Below, piece after piece: positions 59,129 to 64,000 of a stretch of DNA of 64,000 nt. Position 1 is the stretch's first letter; each line of letters begins with the position of its first letter. The notes under the pieces are model-generated. The model made no database searches, was not told the origin of the DNA, and saw nothing but the letters and a program-made list of their open reading frames with translations. The stretch covers positions 496,001-560,000 of the forward strand of contig NEEC01000016.1 of NCBI GenBank assembly GCA_002189035.1, given 5' to 3'. The translations under genes were made by a program, and so were the position numbers. Source of the DNA: Utricularia gibba (Eukaryota; Plantae; Magnoliophyta).

Positions 59129-59959
59129 CACTCTCAATGCATGTTTCAGTTATCCCACCATCCCCTTTTGTGTTGGAATCCATACCATGTTCTCCAAATC
59201 AGAATCAAAGTGAGTTTTGTTTCTGTTGAAATTTATAAAAATGGGTGTTTTTGTTTTATAAAAAATAAACCAATATTGATGAATATAATACTACACCACT
59301 TCTAAATAATCTAAATATACTATAAATTATGATTTTTATCATTAAAAAAATTTATTTTATAAATATATAAATACCATTAACCACATTATCATTGTACAAT
59401 ATTATTTGATTTATACATCCAATTTTTATGATTTTTTATTTTTATTTTGAATAAATAGACTCATATAAGATTAAAAAATTATATATATTTAATTACATAA
59501 ACTCTATTACGTGTACTAATAAATGTGGTATAATGTTATCAGATTCATTATATTACCTTATCTTATACATGCTCGTATTTTACTTTAATATCAAATATCA
59601 CGATCTATTATCTTATTATATGACATTATCTTTTTCAAATATGCAATACTTATAAATTCTTACTAGATACCTATTTTGTGTATTTTTTAAAATATTCACT
59701 ATTAGTTGGAAATTATATTATATAAAGTCATTTTTATTTTAAATAAATTAAAAATTTAAATAGAAGTAGGAAGTGAAATGATTTTATGTAAAAGTAGATA
59801 TTTGATTTGAATAGAAGGAGCAATTGTGGGGGCTGTTACTTCATGCTTGATTTAGTGCCCGCCTCTTGGATTTCTACAGCCCACGTCTCTTCTCCTTCTT
59901 CATCATCGTCATCGGTTATAAAATCCTTCATCACTTGCTCTGCATCATCAGACGTGATA

Positions 59960-60406
59960 ATGGCTTCTGGAGTTCTGGGCTTCCTGATCATGGCGCCGTT
60001 CCTTCTCCTCTCCGGCGCATCCGGCAGGGAGCTTCATCTGCAGCGCTCCGTTCTGGGGCTGGCGGCAGCGAGAACCCGGCACGTCGGAAACGCCATGGAG
60101 TGTTGGAATGCACTCAGCGAGATCAGGGCGTGCGGAAAGGACATTGAAGCTTACTTTGCCAGTGGCGCAATTGATATTACTCCTAGCTGCTGCGGGTCCA
60201 TCTCCACCGTCGTGCGTGGCTGCATGCCGGAGCTCCTCACGGCCTTGGGATACACCAAGGATCAGGTCTACATTTTGAGAGGCTACTGCGATGCTACCCC
60301 TTCCTTTTCGATCAATTTGGGGCCTGTACTGAGCCCAGCTGCGCCCCCTTCGTGGTCCGGCGCCGGCGGAAGCAAGCCACCGGCGGGCATGGACAGCCAG
60401 GACTGA
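59960..60406 (+). CDS. Egg cell-secreted protein 1-like (prolamin-like domain), single exon, 148 aa
   Basis: Signal peptide, then ECWNALSEIRAC...ITPSCC...GCMPELLTALGYT...ILRGYCD (EC1 six-Cys pattern) and a Pro/Gly-rich tail. Confidence 0.82.
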   Translation: MASGVLGFLIMAPFLLLSGASGRELHLQRSVLGLAAARTRHVGNAMECWNALSEIRACGKDIEAYFASGAIDITPSCCGSISTVVRGCMPELLTALGYTKDQVYILRGYCDATPSFSINLGPVLSPAAPPSWSGAGGSKPPAGMDSQD

Positions 60407-60828
60407 AAAACTCATAAATGGTTCCACTGCAATCCCATCAGAGGCGTTTCGACTGCATGATTGTCTACCAAGAAGGCATGTAATAAAGTAACATGAAGAT
60501 TTTGCTTCAATCTGCAATCTTGCAAGAGGGGAATGATAACCACCAAATGAAAACTCTTTTTATTATGAACTCAAGTAGCAATATTGACATCCACAATCGA
60601 AACCACAGGTTACATAATCACTCCACAATGACAAAATAAGTTGCCTGAGAAAGCTGCTAAGGAAGCGATTCCCTAGCTTGGTACACAGGTAAGCACTGCA
60701 AAACAAAGCAAAACCATGACTTGAACCGTATCTGCGATGAAATGTATCAGCTCCTTGCAGGGACGCCCTTTGGCATGATCCATGCTACCTATTATAACTT
60801 ATATGGTACATGGTGAACGATTGGGGAA

Positions 60829-62907
60829 TCAACGATTGTGCCTCCCATGAAAACCTCCTCTATTCTTGGGAAAGAAGGCCTTCTTTGGTTTAGGAATCTC
60901 ATGGATGTCCATCACCTGAATGGTTCTTTGCTTTTTGGCTTCATAGTTCGAAATTGGGACAGAAAAAGTTTGTGAGAAAGCGAAATCAGGATATTGGCAA
61001 TTGTTGAAAGAGGAGTTTCAGAGTAGAAAACACACCATTCTCAGCTTCTTGGTAGTTTTCATGGAGCCGCCTTCTAGCTGAATTTAATCTCTCATCATCC
61101 AGAACAGGGTCTGCTCGTTCCCTCTGCACAAAAATGCAATGATCTAGTTACCCATGATTTGGGCTATCTCTTAAAGACAGAAATAGAAACAGAAACCATC
61201 TTTTTGTTTTTCATCTAGAACAAAATCTGCTGTCACTTGATGTATCAGATCCGTCATCAAAGTGCAAGCTATACTAATGCACTGACTTGAAAAGGTCATA
61301 GAGACGAAAAATCAGAAGAGGATGCTCAGCGTTAGTACCCTGGGAGTTGGGGCTGAGGAAGACTTGGGATTTGAAGGTGGTGGCCTGGATGGGGTTTCTC
61401 TCCGGGCCACAGATCGAGGCTGTTTGTGCTTCGGCTCATATTCAGCATGATTCCTCTCTGAGCTAGAACACCTATCTATTGAAAAACACAAAGCTGAAAA
61501 CCTCAGTCTCACGCACCCCAAGTATTCAGTGGTAAAATAGTGGAACTGTCATAAGAGATTCAACACTCACTCATTGGATTCGGGGAGTAACCAAAATCTG
61601 GAACCTACAGAGAAAATTTTCAAAAGATAAAGCAGCAGTATTAAATCCAGACTTCTCCTTTTCATTCTGCTTAATTTCCTTGTTTGACCATTTTTACTCA
61701 TCTCTTTCATGCAGGAAGAAAGTTCGCAAGAAGGAGCAATTTCCTATTCACCTGGTAATGACCATTTTGATGATTTTTGGAAATGTTTTGCTGAGGAGAG
61801 TCCACATCTGCTGGTGCCATCATCATTATCCCACAATCATTAAATCTCATATTCATAAGTAGCCATTTACATCCAATAGTATCTTAGACCTAATTCATAC
61901 TACATTATGGGGCAAGTTCATGATCCAAGCATACATTACCTATTAAGTTCGAAGTTGTCTCGGGTTGGTTCACCTTCACCCATTCATCCACGATTTCCTT
62001 CCACTTTCTGAACTCCAAGAGATAAAAATGGAATCATTCAAAACTCCAGAATGAACATTTATAAAACATAACAACCAGCTGGGGTTTAGAGAAACCTGAC
62101 TAGCTGTTTCACCAATCTACGAACTTCACCAGACTCATGCTTCCTCAATCGATTTACATGTCTTCCAATATCAGTTTCCTAGATAGCATTTCGAATGTTT
62201 CAAAATATCCATCTTTCCACTCCTTATAAAGAATATAATCTTTTGTTTCCTTAAAAGATACATAAATAAACATCAAGGAGTTTAACCTTGAGAGCTTGAA
62301 ACGTTATATCCATATCAGCTAAGGTTTGCAGTAGATCCATCACAGAATCTTCACTCTGAACAGCAACAGATTAATCATGTTCCTCAAAACATTGCTCGAA
62401 AAAGGAATTAAAAGTTAAAACCTGCTCAGAGTCTTCAAGTTGCTTTTTTATGCTGAGAATTGTGCTCTGTTCATCATCAAACAACCCACCATAGGGATCG
62501 AGATCATCACCATCATCCCCTAAACCACTAAAAGTTCTATGATTTGATTCAGGGGTCAACGGACTTCGACTGTAATCCTTGCTCAAGCCTTTATTAACCC
62601 CATACCCTTCAATATCAATGCCTCGCTTCTTTTCACGCATTCCATGTGTATTATCCATATCATCCCCACTATCACTAACATTCTCACCAAACACTCGACC
62701 TTCGTGGTTCACACCGCTCCCAATTCCACCATCACAGTTCTTGCACAGTTTCGAAGACGGGGCGTACAACAACTCAACAATTCCATCTCGCCGGCGGCGC
62801 AGCTCCTCGCCGTAGTCCGAGCTAGCCACCTTAATCGCAGCCTCAATCATATCCCAAATCCCCGCCCCGGATCTCGACAAAACCGCCAGAAATTCATCAG
62901 GATCCAT
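60829..62907 (-). CDS. MED26: Mediator subunit 26-like (TFIIS N-terminal domain) protein, ~9 exons
   Basis: [25 protein letters not shown]..., [15 protein letters not shown]|[14 protein letters not shown]...LVR|[25 protein letters not shown]|[18 protein letters not shown]. Confidence 0.9.
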
Positions 62908-63925
62908 GGAGAAAGAGCCTCCACCGGCGCCTTCCCCCTCCACAAGCACCGCAGTCAGCAAATATGACCAGATTCCTCAATCCAAATCACCGATCTGAAA
63001 AAAAAAAGGCTCAGAAAAAGCTTAAAGCAGGTTCGCCGGAGCAGGGATTCATCACGACTGCGTGAACCAAACGATAATCGGATCCTGATTTTCCGATCAA
63101 AGCAAGATTAAGCGAGACAATGACAAAAAATGTCAGAAATTGTTCAATGAATTATTCTATTCCTTACCTTTTTCCTCCGTTGACCAATTTGGACGTGGCG
63201 TTTGGCCCAGGTCTTACACCCAAATCCAACACTCTTACACCCAATTATTAAAATATTTTAATTTATTCGATATTAAATAGTATTTTATTAAAAAATATTA
63301 TTTAAGAAAAATATTTATCAATTAAAAATGTTATAATTATGCATATAACATCTCTAACAATAATTTTTTTTGAAATAGAAAGTATAATATGATATTTTAC
63401 TATTATAAAAGTAATTAAATTCACTTAATATATAATTTACATTTCATCATTAATAAAGCATTAAATAAAATTAATTAGGTATTTAATTGATGGTATAAAA
63501 TTGTTTAGTAGAATTTATTTAAGCTGTTTGGTATTAGATATTATTTATATTAATTTTAAAAAGGAGTATGTTTTATAGATAATTTATTTAATGGAGGTTT
63601 ATTTATCATTTATTTTATTGAAAAAATATAATTAACACAAAAAATATAATATTTAATAATTGAATTTATGGGCCTATGGCGTTCAAGAAAGATGGGCATT
63701 GCGGATTTGGATCCGGGCCAGGCCCGGTTTTCAGACGGGGCGGGCCTGAGCTTTGCCGTCTGTATTTGGACTTTGGAACAGAGTGCATAGTACGTCGTGC
63801 ATTTTCATACAATTTGCAGAGACGACGCAATATAGTTTGCCACGTCATCTCCTAACCTGAGAAAGTGACGACGAGCGTGAGGGCAGATTAGCGCGAGTTG
63901 TTTTTGTTCATGATTTTTGATCGGA

Positions 63926-64000
63926 ATGTCACGATCTACCGTCAAGGAGACGGCTTCGCGGCAGTATGCAGCGGGAGCTTTGTTCGCGCTTGCCCTGAAC
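63926..64000 (+). CDS. Start of a DUF726/TMCO4-like protein, truncated by the window edge
   Basis: MSRSTVKETASRQYAAGALFALALN resembles the recalled QRYAAGALFAIAL N-terminus of this family; GGCCC/TGGGC site-II-like motifs lie upstream (63670-63750). Confidence 0.55.
   Translation, partial: MSRSTVKETASRQYAAGALFALALN

Overview
Gene-dense plant (eudicot) nuclear DNA with short spliceosomal introns and AT-rich spacers. No rRNA, tRNA or CRISPR was seen. Left to right: PHAX(-), SAM-domain protein(+), a strongly diverged RIN4 with an internally duplicated exon(+), CDC45(+), Soloist-type AP2 factor(-), SUV3-like helicase(-), J20-like DnaJ(+), RING-CH ligase(+), a decayed RING-H2 pseudogene(-), HAD hydrolase(-), EPFL1(-), a second RING-CH(+), oligopeptidase OOP(-), mitochondrial SHMT(-), two subgroup-6 anthocyanin-type R2R3-MYBs(+) flanking a MIZ1-like DUF617 gene(+), four class III peroxidases (-,+,-,+), an EC1-like gene(+), MED26-like(-) and the start of a DUF726 gene(+). 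Two things stand out. (1) The peroxidase cluster is a direct tandem duplication of a head-to-head gene pair in which the shared promoter segment is flipped in one unit: 5' regions pair as inverted copies (P1=P4, P2~P3) while 3' flanks pair as direct copies (P1~P3, P2~P4). (2) The RIN4 gene keeps the family exon pattern and C-terminal CCF anchor but has lost both PxFGxW motifs and expanded its central SPxHP region. Exon boundaries were read by eye, family names come from recalled motifs with no database search, and the species is unknown.
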